Origin: a virus
DNA length: 40,933 nucleotides
Strand: one strand, 5' to 3'
Virus record (IMG/VR): IMGVR_UViG_3300028804_000025
Location: 1-40,933 of that record
Part shown: positions 40,580 to 40,933 of the stretch, in pieces
Numbering within the stretch: the first letter of the stretch is position 1
Layout: each line of letters opens with the position of its first letter
The notes under the pieces: model-generated
What the model saw: only the letters and a program-made list of their open reading frames with translations
The model's database searches: none
What the model was told of the DNA's origin: nothing
Program-made: the position numbers and the translations under genes

Positions 40580-40767
40580 CCAACACACACCAAGCTTCCC
40601 CCTGGGACGCGCTGTTGAACCCGATTCGGATGCGGCTGCCTGCGTCTGTGCCGTCTGAGTGGCTCGAGGCGGACAAGCCCAAGGCTGAACTGAGCAAGGC
40701 GGGGCAGGTGCGGGCTGCTGTGAACCTGCTGCGCAGGCATGGATACCGGGTGGAGGTGCCAGCGTGA
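40573..40767 (+). CDS. hypothetical protein (64 aa), cargo partner of the DUF5131 gene
   Basis: ATG 40573 overlaps the DUF5131 stop by 7 nt. GTGA overlap at its own stop. Confidence 0.5.
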   Translation: MLTNTHQASPWDALLNPIRMRLPASVPSEWLEADKPKAELSKAGQVRAAVNLLRRHGYRVEVPA

Positions 40768-40910
40768 AAGCCCGTATGCATCAATGTGCGGCTACCGGGT
40801 GCGCCCGGCTGGATGCCATCAACCCCAAATTCAAAGCCCGCCGACTTGACTGCGAGGCTTTGCTGATTACCACCACGCAAACCCTTCAACACAGACAGGA
40901 CTTGTCATGA
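40764..40910 (+). pseudogene. 3' remnant of the 102-aa gene with a new 15-codon N-terminus (48 aa, GTG start)
   Basis: (M)KARMHQCAATGCAR followed by LDAINPKFKARRLDCEALLITTTQTLQHRQDLS, which is identical to the end of 39040-39348. ATGA coupling to the 126-aa gene. Confidence 0.4.
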
Positions 40911-40933
40911 GCCGCAAAGCCAGCATCACCCTA
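40803..40933 (+). repeat. 223-bp direct repeat, copy 2 (continues across the junction to nt 127)
   Basis: See copy 1. Confidence 0.95.

Overview
The window is a complete, circularly closed or circularly permuted tailed-phage genome. Nt 1-35 repeat at 40899-40933, giving a unique length of 40898 bp. It is GC-rich and probably infects a proteobacterial host; the host is an inference only.

A single roughly 32-kb minus-strand transcription unit runs from a divergent control region at 36.6-36.8 kb. In order it carries:
- a Cro/YdaS-like regulator
- a PrimPol-VirE primase/helicase
- an iteron-type origin
- a Q-like antiterminator with a promoter-terminator module
- an HNH endonuclease and the P27-type small and large terminase subunits
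- HK97-type portal, prohead protease and capsid
- head-tail connectors
- the major tail protein and a G/G-T chaperone pair with a GGGAAAC -1 slippery site
- a 1646-aa tape measure protein, four small tail proteins and a 1203-aa fibre
- an accessory block: a lipoprotein, a BTLCP-like protease, holin-like membrane proteins, an Acb2-like protein and two DNA methyltransferases
- a lysis cassette
- a promoter-bearing three-gene module with a KorA-like repressor

A plus-strand operon of small early genes (36844 across the junction to 4211) carries ASCH-like, DUF5131, DUF4406 and three DUF1566 genes. I saw no integrase, CI-type repressor, partition genes, tRNA or CRISPR.

The most unusual items are:
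1. A C5-methyltransferase gene broken by an in-frame TAA-ATG junction and fully overprinted by a 245-codon ORF in a second frame.
2. A 1.34-kb DUF5131 cargo flanked by 223-bp direct repeats that duplicate the neighbouring gene ends.
3. An Acb2-like candidate cyclic-nucleotide sponge inside a module of small genes separated by hairpins.
4. A lipobox leader separated from a LapG-type protease domain by a frameshift at a G5 run.
5. A perfect 639-bp tandem duplication in a DUF1566 gene array.

All family assignments come from motif recognition by eye. No searches were run.
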